A stretch of DNA of 62,087 nt, counting the filler, from Choristocarpus tenellus KU-1152 (Eukaryota > Protista > Phaeophyceae), in the NCBI GenBank assembly GCA_964200185.2. It is 12 parts of 12 records of this genome, joined end to end, with 100 filler letters (N's around TTAATTAATTAA, not from the genome) between each part and the next. Parts side by side here need not be neighbours in the genome. Positions count along the whole stretch, not along the records: positions 25,075 to 30,999 come from CAXNAD020009395.1; positions 31,100 to 34,926 come from CAXNAD020017705.1; positions 35,027 to 41,283 come from CAXNAD020008551.1; 9 more parts are not named here. One strand, written 5' to 3'. The notes beneath the pieces were generated by a model. The model was not told the DNA's origin. It searched no databases and saw nothing but the letters and a program-made list of their open reading frames with translations. Shown here one piece after another: positions 25,300-35,992 of this stretch (position 1 is the first letter of the stretch; every line of letters starts with the position of its first letter). The translations under genes were made by a program, and so were the position numbers.

Positions 25300-25726
25300 G
25301 AGTCAAAGTACCTTAGAGGGCATAGACATGTCCGTTTGTGGGCAAAATGACCCAAAGTATCTGGGAGGGGGTGGCGGTTGTCCATTTGGGGTCAATTTTT
25401 TCATGTCGCGTTTTTTTGGGTGATTCGGTTGCATAAGTCCAATGGATGATATAAATGCCCTTTTCCTGATTCTGTCCGAAATGGACACCCAGGTGTAGAC
25501 CCCTCCCCCTCCCCCAGATACTTTGGGTCTGAGCCAAATACAATGTCGGGATTTTGATGTACTTTTGAGTATCGTGTTTGATAGGAAGTGTCAACATCCT
25601 CGTTCCGGACACACCTTCTCATAACGTTACATATTATACCTACTCCGAAACATTTCGAAGTAGGAAGATGCAAGCCCAAAATGGACAAACAGGGCAAAAC
25701 TCGTACCCTCTAATATACTTTCACTC
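25300..25726 (-). mobile_element. MITE subtype A carrying a nested complete subtype B copy (25349-25529)
   Basis: Outer TIRs GAGTCAAAGTACCTTAGAGGG / CCCTCTAATATACTTTCACTC. Inner TIRs GACCCAAAGTATCTGGG / CCCAGATACTTTGGGTC. Confidence 0.8.
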
Positions 25727-27565
25727 CCACTCAATCAGACCATGGTTGATGTGAAATGTGTACTGGTGAGCCTAAGTATCTAAGAGGGTACTGGATTTGC
25801 CCTGTTTATCCATTTGAGGTCTCCAATAGTAAGAGGATATTCGAGTTTTTCATGCAATTTTTGCGGTTATCAGTGTTTCGAAGATGTTAAAATGTACGCG
25901 AATTTCGATTTTAAAGCTATTGGCTTCATTTTTCCCTCTTCTGGAGGTGTTCAAATGTAGAAGAAATGATAGTTGTCGGGTGTTTTTTGGTGATCATATA
26001 ATGGATGAAGTGTTGGGCAGTGGCGTAAAATTAGATATATTTAACTCCGTGGCATTTTGAAAGTGTCACGATGTACTGAAAACACCTCATAATGCCCTCT
26101 CTGTGTTCCTCTCGATGATCCCTGATGTTTTAGGGGAAGAGTATCCTCTTCTTGTGCGCCAAAGCTCCGAGCGTTTCCGTCTTGATCTAACCATAACGTA
26201 CCGACATAACCTGTCATCAGCCCAGGTTAATAGATGCAAGATCAAGACCGAACCTCTCAAAACTTTGGCGAACAAGAGAATACTCTTCCTACAAGACCAG
26301 AAGCATCGAGATGAACATGATACACTGTCGCCCAAAGTGTAGTTGATACAGTAAGGGTCAAGAATGGAGCATAATTTGAGAGGCACATAATACTATAACT
26401 CTCATTATCTCAATACACAATACCAGGATGTCTAAAATATCTATGTACCTCTCTTGAAGAAATTGTACGCCCTTCACTTCATCGCGACCAAATCCGGTCC
26501 CAGCGAACAGAAGGAAAAACTTCACAAAAATCATATGTACAAGGGAAGAAAACATGTACTGATACAAGAACCAATTAGAAACTTCATATTGTAGAATCGA
26601 GCTTTCTGCCTCTACTAATCACACATCCGTTACGTAGACAAGCTATGGACTGCTTCTAGTGGATGCAGGAAGAAGTTCCTGTCAAAGATCTTGATGATGA
26701 CTCCAACAAGTGTTGGAAACGTCTCTGTTCTTGGGAGTGCACACCTATAAGAAGAGGGTGATAAGACATTGTTGATAAGTAGGAGAGAACCTGTTAACAG
26801 TGAGTGGGGGAGACTCTTCTTTTGGATTCTTGTGGGAATGGGGGAGTCATGTAAAGAATATGCTTTTAATTCATATGATTTACGAACCAGTGACCCTTGA
26901 AATATTGAAGGACTCAGTGTGATCCCTTGTATAGCTTAAAGGAAACGCCATGGTCCACAGCTGGCGGGAGTGGGATCCTATGGTTGGCACTGATTCTAAT
27001 ATGCACAGAGAGAAATGTGAACGCGCATGCAATGTGTTGGTCAACGTACATGGCAAGTGTGATGGACGAATGCGGAACAGAATCCAAGTTCCCAAGGCTT
27101 TCCGAATATGGTTGGAGCTGGAGAGGTCGCCTAGATAATATAATGCCATAATCCTACCCCAAGAAGATGGTGGAACAAGTGAAGACGATCAGACCAGGTT
27201 GCAATATTCCCAAGGAGAGGTTGCGGCCAGTCGACCAAGGAAGAGCAGGGAAACAGAATCTCTTGACCACACTGCACAGGGGCACACGATTTGTACCAAA
27301 TCACAGTTAGGAGGCATAGGATGAACTCCACAGGAACTCCATCCTGAATCACTTACCATGAGATACGATGTCAAGCAAGGTGATATCGACTCAGTCCAGG
27401 TCTCCTTGGTCATGCCCAGTGCATGTCGGAGAAGACATCACGACCACTTATGGTGCCAAAGGCTATAGTCAAAAATGGTGGGAGATGGATTCCTCGCCTT
27501 GGTTCAATTCATGTATGCACAGAGGGTATCGATGGGGGTTGTGCTAGCATGTTTTAAGTGGAAGC

Positions 27566-27990
27566 GGCTCAAAGTATCTAGGGGGGGTGGCGGCTGTCCA
27601 TTTGGGGTCAATTTTTCATGTCGCAATTTTTGTGTGATTTCATTGCATACGTCGGATGGATAATGTAAGTTCACTTTTCCTGGTTTTGGCCCAAATGGAC
27701 ACCCTGGTGTAGGCTGCCCCCGCCCCCCTAGATACTTTGGGTCAGTATCTTAGAGGGTACGAGTTTTGTCCTGTTTGCCCGTTTGGGGCTCGACTTCCCA
27801 TGTTATTTTAGTTTTCCTACTCCGAAATGTTTCGGAGTAGGAAAAATGTATACGTTATCGAAAGGTGTGCCTGGAACAAGGATATTGACACTTACAAACA
27901 AACACGATAAGTCAAAATTACATCTAAATCGCGACATTGGGTTTTGACCCCCAAACGGACACGGCCCTACCCTCTAAGATATTCTTGCTC
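27566..27990 (+). mobile_element. MITE subtype B (27566-27743) inserted in the left TIR of a subtype A copy (27744-27990)
   Basis: B TIRs GGCTCAAAGTATCTAGG / CCTAGATACTTTGGGTC are flanked by AGC/AGT. The A sequence resumes as AGTATCTTAGAGGGTACGAG. Confidence 0.8.
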
Positions 27991-29050
27991 TTTGTTCATG
28001 CACGGATGAGGTTAAGATTTTTTCAAGTAATTGTATGAGGTGTGTATGGACAATTGGCGTGAGATGTGTCTTGACGAAAGTGCGATGTCTATGGACCCTG
28101 AAATCAGGATGGGAGGTTGCTAATGATACTGATAAAGTTCGCAGTAGAGTTTCTCCAGATCCATAGATAAACACGAGCAACACAAGACACAGAGACCAGA
28201 CTACAGATCATTTGTCGAAAAACACAAACAACAGATCATGACCCTCAGAAAAATCCAGTGAAATCTTCTTTTCCTAAAATGTATATCGAACCAAACCAAA
28301 CGCACCACATCCATAGACCTTACACGACGTGGTCAATGATAACGTACCGCAGACCTAAGATATACCGTAAATACATACCCAGGAATTATCTCTGGAAGGA
28401 ATTTTAGATGGAGATCTCTGCTTTGGGGTTGCACGTTGTTAGTGGGATATTTATGTTAGAGGTTCCAGGGATGTATTCAGCCTGCCCGAGCTTATTGCAG
28501 ACTGATATGTGAACGTAGAGTTTAGCAGAGATATAATAGTCACATTCAATCAAGAAGAGTAAAGATATCATCGGAGGAAACCTCATCTACCCATCATATC
28601 ATTGAACACATAGTTAATGGGATATCATTCATTCATTTATACGTAAGATATATTTTTGATGGTATATTATTCCATACAAGTTCAAAAATGGCTGAAGTTT
28701 AAAAAATGGAATTCAAAACTGGATGTGGATATGGAAATGAAAGGAGAGAATGACATTTATCATTACTATTAAGGTGGGAAACAAAACAACACAAAAACGT
28801 TCTCTACTTCAACATCTTTGGTTTGATCAGCTGGTAGTATAAAACCAGCATCACACCACAAGAAATAGGTAGGTTAACCCCCCCTTGATACGGAAGGAAT
28901 GAGTGTGTAATGAGCGAAGGGGGGGGGAACATTGGAATTACGAGATTGGCGATCTATGTGACAGACATCATCAGAACATTCCGTACTTCGAACATACATT
29001 GGTGTGGGAGTTAGATGTCGACGGTGTCGACTATTTTGTTCGGTGAATTA

Positions 29051-29368
29051 CAATACCAGCAAACAATTTCTGTACTAACTGGTGGGATGCAGCGACTATC
29101 CAAATGAATCTGCGTTTAGAAGGTACGACGCATCATAATACCTTGTAGAACGATTGAACAGATGACAGGTTGACGATGTTTTAGATGTTTTGATTTTAGG
29201 CAAATTGATATTGTCAATACCAGCAAACAATTTCTGTACTAACTGATGCGATGCAGCGACTATCCAAATGAATCTGCGTTTAGAAGGTACCACATATCAT
29301 AATACCTTGTGGAACGATTGAACAGATGACAGGTTGACGATGTTTTGATTTTAGGCAAATTGATATTG
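29051..29368. repeat. Tandem duplication, ~164-bp unit x2
   Basis: CAATACCAGCAAACAATTTCTGTACTAACTG...TTTAGGCAAATTGATATTG repeated head-to-tail with few differences. Confidence 0.9.
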
Positions 29369-30930
29369 CGAGTAATATATATATATATATATAGTGTTGC
29401 GGCATCTGTAATTCGGCACTCTCCCCTGTTAATGTTCTGCAGTCATATGTGGGGTACAACGAATTTATCACCAAGAGCGATAGAAGGATGACAGAGGGGA
29501 AGTTGTTAAAGTATATCCCAAATCATCAAAGAGGATAAAGGTGATAAAGCCCCCCCGCGGGGCACAGGAGTACGTAGATGGGAAGCACAGGAAGATAGTA
29601 GTACAATATTTGATAGTAGTGGTGAAGTAACTGATAGATTAGTGGTTCCACACTTACAGTGCTTTATAATGTTCTCACGTTTAGGATATTTTATATCTTT
29701 AGGTCTTACAATGACATACGTACAGTTTTCATTAGTTTTCCCTCTGGCATATCTGCAAAATGTCAGAGGGCATGATAATAAAAATAAGGGTGATAGACCC
29801 AGCAAGATTGCTTGGTGTCTGTAGAGTTATTGATAAAAGTTAAGTGGGGCATGCAGCACCCCATAAAATCAGAAACATTTCCTTTTTGTATGAGAAAGAT
29901 TCTCATACAACTAATCAAAAGTAAAAGGTTCTGATAACTCAACCGCTAATTGATTGTTCGTACATATTTTACAGTAACTCTCCGATAGAGTTGGAAGAGT
30001 CTAATCGAACAGGAGTCCACCCCAAGATGCGGATAAAATTTGTTCTACTGACATGAAAGCAAGGAAGACCTCCGACTTCAGTTAAGCTGTTACCGATGGA
30101 AAGGTGCGGTGCAAGTGTGTGAAGCAAACAATTCCTTACAACCGTCAAACCCATGACCAACTATGGCTTGTTCAGAACAAGGATAAAGGAGATTCCCTAC
30201 AAGTGGATGATAAAGGAAAAGAGAAGAGATTTATCTATAGCACTACATCCATTAAGGAGTGATACTGATGCGATAATTAATATTACTTTTGAAAATATAT
30301 TCATTATTCCGAACTCGCTACTATTCGCATTAAAGATCCAGAATTTGTAAATAATATGAATGCTTTTATGAAGCAATGCATAGTAACTCCTGCAATGATC
30401 GGACACGGTTTATAACCTTCCTAAAAATAATTTTTTATAAAATACCATACGTAAAATATAGCTAGAATAGTAAATAGTCAAGCCTAAAGTAAAAAATATA
30501 ATAGAAAATGTATCGATTGAATATGATAAAATTTGGAGAAAAAGAGCAAGAAAAATAGCAAAATATTTTATTAAATATTTTCAGAAGAATCAAAAAATTT
30601 CTCTTTTAGGAATTGTTACAAAAAATGAGGAAAGAAAAGATTGTCTAATATTAGATAATCAAGAATTTTGACCTGTACTACCCCAAAACCTTCGCCTGAT
30701 CATTGTAAAGATTCCAACTGTCCAAGATATAGTTCGTGGAAGAATGGATAGATAGATCAACTCTTCAATCACACCATCGCAAGAATTTATGTAACTCATT
30801 TGAGCCCACGTATAATCTCTCCAGTAGCACTTTGCTCGTGATGTCTCTCCTGCTAGTTCTTTTCAGCATTGCATGTGCATCGCCTCCTTTCGTCTTCGAA
30901 GTTGCCGAGGGAATGCCTCTTGAGTGCTAG

Positions 30931-30999
30931 GGCTCAAAGTATCTAGGGGGGGGGTGGTGGCTGTCCAATTGGGACCCAAAGTATCTGGGAGGGGAGGGG
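30931..30999 (+). mobile_element. MITE B start with a second B-type TIR nested at ~30973, truncated by contig end
   Basis: GGCTCAAAGTATCTAGGGG...CTGTCCAATTGG then GACCCAAAGTATCTGGGAGGGG. Confidence 0.65.
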
Positions 31000-31099
31000 N
31001 NNNNNNNNNNNNNNNNNNNNNNNNNNNNNNNNNNNNNNNNNNNTTAATTAATTAANNNNNNNNNNNNNNNNNNNNNNNNNNNNNNNNNNNNNNNNNNNN

Positions 31100-34000
31100 G
31101 GTGGTGGCAAGCCAAGGGAACTTATCCGGCGTGGCTGACATCTTCGAGAGGATGGTCACGTGGGTTAGGTCGATGATGCAATACATCGAGGCTGGTTACG
31201 CACTGGACAAGGCCCACCCCGTCATCGAGAGGGTAAACGATAAATCTGTTGAGGGGCAGAGACGCCGTCAGCTGGCTGAACTATGTCATCAGTATGACAT
31301 GGGGGCCATCGACTTCAACAGGAAACAAATGGGGAACTTCCCCATGAGAGTGAAGAAAACTGTAGCCTCCAAAATTGAGACTTTCCTCGACGAGGCGTGG
31401 GAAAGGACGACGAAAGACTGCATAAAAAGCAGGACCGGACCGAATTCTTTAACGCCGTGGTAACCTGCGTGTACAACTGCGCAAGCGAGGGTGAGAATGA
31501 TGCTTGGGTCTGCTCCCTCCTTAACTCTGCTTCACTGACACGCACCCAAATTCTTGTTGCACAATACGTAATTCTCGGAGACAGAAACGAAACAAGAGCG
31601 CTCCAATACTAACACCGTAACACCCTGCACTAACACAGATAAAGGGGAGTTCCAAGAACTACTTATGGAGGTCTGGAAACGTAACAAAGAAAGCCCAGCA
31701 AACGTGAGTTTCGTGACCAACATGAGCACATGTTGATTTCAAACATTATGTCATCGTCTCTTTGAAATCGCCGTCGTTGAAAATATATATCAAAACTTTA
31801 GTCCTGTATTGTAGTGACACTCTATACTTTTCCTCATTTCCTAAGCTGGACCCGCTTTCACTCATTCTCATATCACTTTCTCCCTGCAGTCTTCATTCGA
31901 CCACCGCAGTGTTCACCATTTTACACTTCTCTGGGCGGTCAACCCCGACAGGGCGTTTGATGTCCTGAAACATAAGATGGCCTTCGACAGCCAGACTAAG
32001 ATGAAGGTGAGCGCACTTACAACTCTTAGCTTGATTTCCACCTACCTCCACAATAACTTATGTAATACACTCTTGGGTAACCTTTCATCTTGTCAATGCT
32101 CAGCTTGTGGCAGCTCTTATGACCCGCATAGACCGGCACGCTGGCAATATCATGACAAAATCATATTTCCTCGTGTTTCTAAGACTTTAAACCATTTATC
32201 CTGTCCAACCATCCACAGCTTCATTCAACCATAAAGGAAGAATACTTCCGTCTCATGTGCCGGGATGCTCTGGTGGGACAGGAGAGGTTTCGGATGTCAA
32301 AAGACGACATGCCAGAAGATCACGACTGGTCCGACATCGTCGACATGGCTGCTGGCGTCTTTGCAAAGGAAGCTGGGTCTAGACTGCAGCAAAGCACACT
32401 CTCCCTTTTCTACGTGCCACCCAATGCAAAACAGGGGTCATTCGAGGCTTGGGTGAGTAGGTACCACCTTCTCAGGTCTTCAAGGAATGTGGTTACTTTG
32501 TTCCAATTTCAAGGATTTCAGGGGCGTGATATGGTAAAGGTGATACCTACTCACCCAAGCCTCGAATGACCCCTGTTTTGCATTGGGTGGCACGTAGAAA
32601 AGGGAGAGTGTGTCTTGCTGCAGTCTAGACCCAGCTTCCTTTGCAAAGACGCCAGCGGTGAAGTTTCGAACTGCATCATCGTTAAAGGTATTAACCGAAT
32701 TTCTCAAAGCTCAGATGGTGACACAGAATAAACTATTCAGATGGCGAAAATTCAAAGAAGAAATTCTCCTTACCATAGACAAGTTTTTAGACGAATTTTT
32801 CTTGTTAGGATAAACAAAATTTTCTCCTTCGAGTAAGTTCATCGTAAATCTTCAAGATGAAAAACATTACACTCACAAATATTATCACCTAAAATACACC
32901 ATAAAACATAGAGATTTCAAAAAAAAGTTGATCAACTTTTTTCATCTTGCACCAAAATCACAAGAAATGTGGCAAACGGTAAAATTACGGATTGAAAGTA
33001 CATGGCCTTGGATTTTTTTCACGACAATTGCTAACAATATCCTTACACTTAGGTTTGGCATCATTCAAATACATCTCGTCACCCTTCAATTCAAAGGCAT
33101 CCTGGCAGACTGAAAATATGGACAAGTAGTTTTTTTTTCGATGTGACCATTTTAGACAATATACCATCGGTCCGACAGGCCAAAAATCAAAAGGATTGAA
33201 AACCACGTACCGGATTCAACATCAGCCTCAGCAGTGTACTATCTATTGAGAGTGCAAAACCAAGGTTACCATTTTTGTATTGTCCACGATGCAGTGTTCT
33301 CTTAGGAAAAATATGAACACCCTTTGTTGTTTTAATTCTACGCAACTTAAAGGTGAATCCAGCTGATGCATATCCATCCTTTCCCTCACCCAGTTCTCCA
33401 AGACCCTGCGGGGTATGCGAAATCAAAAAGCTGTGAAGAAGCAGGAACAAAATCCGGCAAACTTGACAGACTTTGAGGTCGCATACAAAAAAAGAATGCA
33501 CCTCAAAGAGGTTCTGATTGAAGGCGTGGTGAAGGAGGTCGCCATTCAAATTATAAACAAGCTCAAGGGCGGTGAAGAGGTGGCATGTCCCTCTGAGGAA
33601 GACGAAGACGAGGACATTGAATCTCCTAAGCGAACAGTGAAGAAGAAGAAGGAGAAAGCCAAATATGTGCTACCTGCGGAGGTGGGAGTTAAACTCGTTA
33701 TGTCCACCGTCCAATTTTCCATCGAAATAACCTTTTCAATTGTCTTCACCATACCACACCTGACTTTTTCCGGACGTTCCACCCCTATCATGTGCGTTCC
33801 TTTGTTCACAAATGATGAAACGAGACAGTACAAGTCAAGAATAGTACTTCGAGGAGTAGAAGGCGGGGAAGTCTTCCCTTTGATTGTTAGAAGATCGAAA
33901 GGGGTCACCTTCGCAAATGACGACGGGGGTGATACAGGTGACCATAACATTAGGATACATGTAGTGAATGCAACCACCTAGTTAATGTGTGCCAATAAAT

Positions 34001-34926
34001 GTTGTACTTTTTTATAAATCCGTACTGTCACAGTTTGCACAGATAAGACTTATTTAACTCAAATTAGGTTACCAACAAAGTATTACAAAGGGCACCGTTT
34101 GGGGCAACTTGTATAACTTGGAAAGAGTTTTTCACGGGTTGACTTTAAAACATAAGCTTATGTTAAGAAGCGGGTCTTATGTGCACATGAGTTTGCAAAT
34201 GTGTATCGTGCTCAGCACTTTGGCCATATACACCCTAAAAGCCCTACACAATTCAAACCAAAGACCAGACAAAGAAAGTAGCCGCACACCTCACCAATTT
34301 CGATCCTACCCTTTTGCGTTGGGGTAGTTTAAGTATTATGTAAGTCTACAAGGTTGATCATGTTGACCGACATGCCTGAAGTCTACCGCGTGCCTTCTCT
34401 AACCCTCAATCTATATACCTCATTCCAATGCTTTTTGTGACGCTGTCTCAACTATTCTTTTGCATACCAATATATTCCGGCCTCTCCAAGGTTATGGCCA
34501 TGTTACGGTTCTTGTGGCGGGGACCGGAGGGATTTCGAAAGCGGTCCATGAAGAGGAGGACATCAAAAAGGTGGCTAATATTATACAACAACGGCTCGCT
34601 AACCTACACAGCGAGCCCTCCGGCCACTTTACCATGACGTTCAGCCTCGGTTCCAACCAGCACCCCGAGGATCTCAACGGAGCTCTAAGGGTCGCCTCAG
34701 AAATCAAATCTTTCCGGCGCCTCAAACAATCAACAAAGGACCATCCCATCAGCATTAATGGGTCCGTCATTGGAGAGGTTGTTGACGATGTTGGGGTGGG
34801 GTGAGGTGTCCCTTCCAAAGGGAAGGGAAAGAGTATAGGCCTCCAGCCTTCGTGTGAAGATCGCATTGAGAGGTCCAGACCAGCTCCCATGGTCCTCTCA
34901 GACGGTGAGATTGTCAACAACTACGA
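31100..34926 (+). pseudogene. Decayed multi-exon coding region of unknown family
   Basis: Several coding-like + strand blocks (31101-~31510 with a frameshift, ~32255-32452, 33415-~33940, ~34490-34926 with an in-frame stop), some with splice-like borders. No recognisable domain. Confidence 0.4.
32351..32656. repeat. Inverted duplication, 120-bp arms (32351-32470 and 32537-32656), 66-nt spacer
   Basis: The same peptide, AGVFAKEAGSRLQQ.TLSLFYVPPNAKQGSFEAWVSRYHL, appears on both strands in the ORF track. The arms differ at only a few bases. Confidence 0.95.
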
Positions 34927-35026
34927 NNNNNNNNNNNNNNNNNNNNNNNNNNNNNNNNNNNNNNNNNNNNTTAATTAATTAANNNNNNNNNNNNNNNNNN
35001 NNNNNNNNNNNNNNNNNNNNNNNNNN

Positions 35027-35285
35027 TTATTATTCCCTCTGACATTTTGCAGATGTGTTGAGAAAAAGCCAATTCAATATCATCACAAGAACCCCTGTAA
35101 AAGTAACAGTTGTCATAACTGTGAAAGATATCTCCCTATAATCTATTTACTATTTGACTACCAGCTGTGCTACACCACTCCCCTCCTATGCCTCCAACCT
35201 AGCTTAGCCCTACACCACAGGGCGAGGAGCTAGGGAAGCATCCCAAGAATCTGACAGGCCCCTCCTTGCCTATGTCCCTGGTGTC
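35027..35285 (+). repeat. Dispersed repeat family D (other copies ~49806-50070 +, ~29560-29790 -, short head ~49385-49418 +)
   Basis: Shared head TTATTATGCCCTCTGACATTTTGCAGATG and body ...CTACCAG.TGTGCT..ACCACT...GCCTCCA.CCTAGCTTAG...GAGGAGCTAGGGAAG.ATCC on three different contigs. Confidence 0.75.
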
Positions 35286-35992
35286 TCCAGCTTAAAACGC
35301 ATGACACATCTTGATAGAGCCACTTGTGTTTTGACTCGTCTGTATAGAAGTTGCCATTACAGCACTGCTCAATTTGTGAAATAATGCTGGACTGTACTGT
35401 ACAGTGGTTATACAAATTCCTTCCTATATTTTTTATTATTGTACAGATTTTAAATGGTGAATCGTACCGTACTGTGCCACCATACTGAGATGTAAAATTT
35501 CTACTGTGATGAACAGTGATTTTTGGAGCCTGGAGGGGTGGGGAAAGGGGAGGTAAGGGTAAGGTGCAAATCTAAAGCAGATGAAAAAGTTTTGTATTGT
35601 GAGCAGTAGTGTTCCTTGTACTGGTTTTCAACACCTACTGGTCAATAGTAAAAATGCTGTTTGGTAACGAGCTTAAGAAATAATCTCTATCAGGTTCCAT
35701 TTTTCGGTTGGGAGTTGCTTGACCCTCATTTTGTTTTTCCAATGTTCACCTACTATATTGCATACCCTAACTCCAATGTTTTCGGATCAAAAGCGACCAA
35801 AATGGATATATCCGTCCATAGACTGCTTGTCATGTCCACCCTCCCTCCTTGCTGGGCTTCCTGTATTTCCTCAAGTCATTTTTTTTGTACCTTGATGCTC
35901 TCCTTCCTATTCAGTACATGTAAAGACTAACCATACTTGATCAACCCCCCCCCCCTTCAATACAACCGTGCAATTTTTGTGTATCACTCAAG

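Noticed and set aside
33190-33305. VHDAVF as a possible T7-type RNA polymerase motif C
   Set aside because: Only a three-residue match in a stop-interrupted frame, with no other polymerase motifs recognised.
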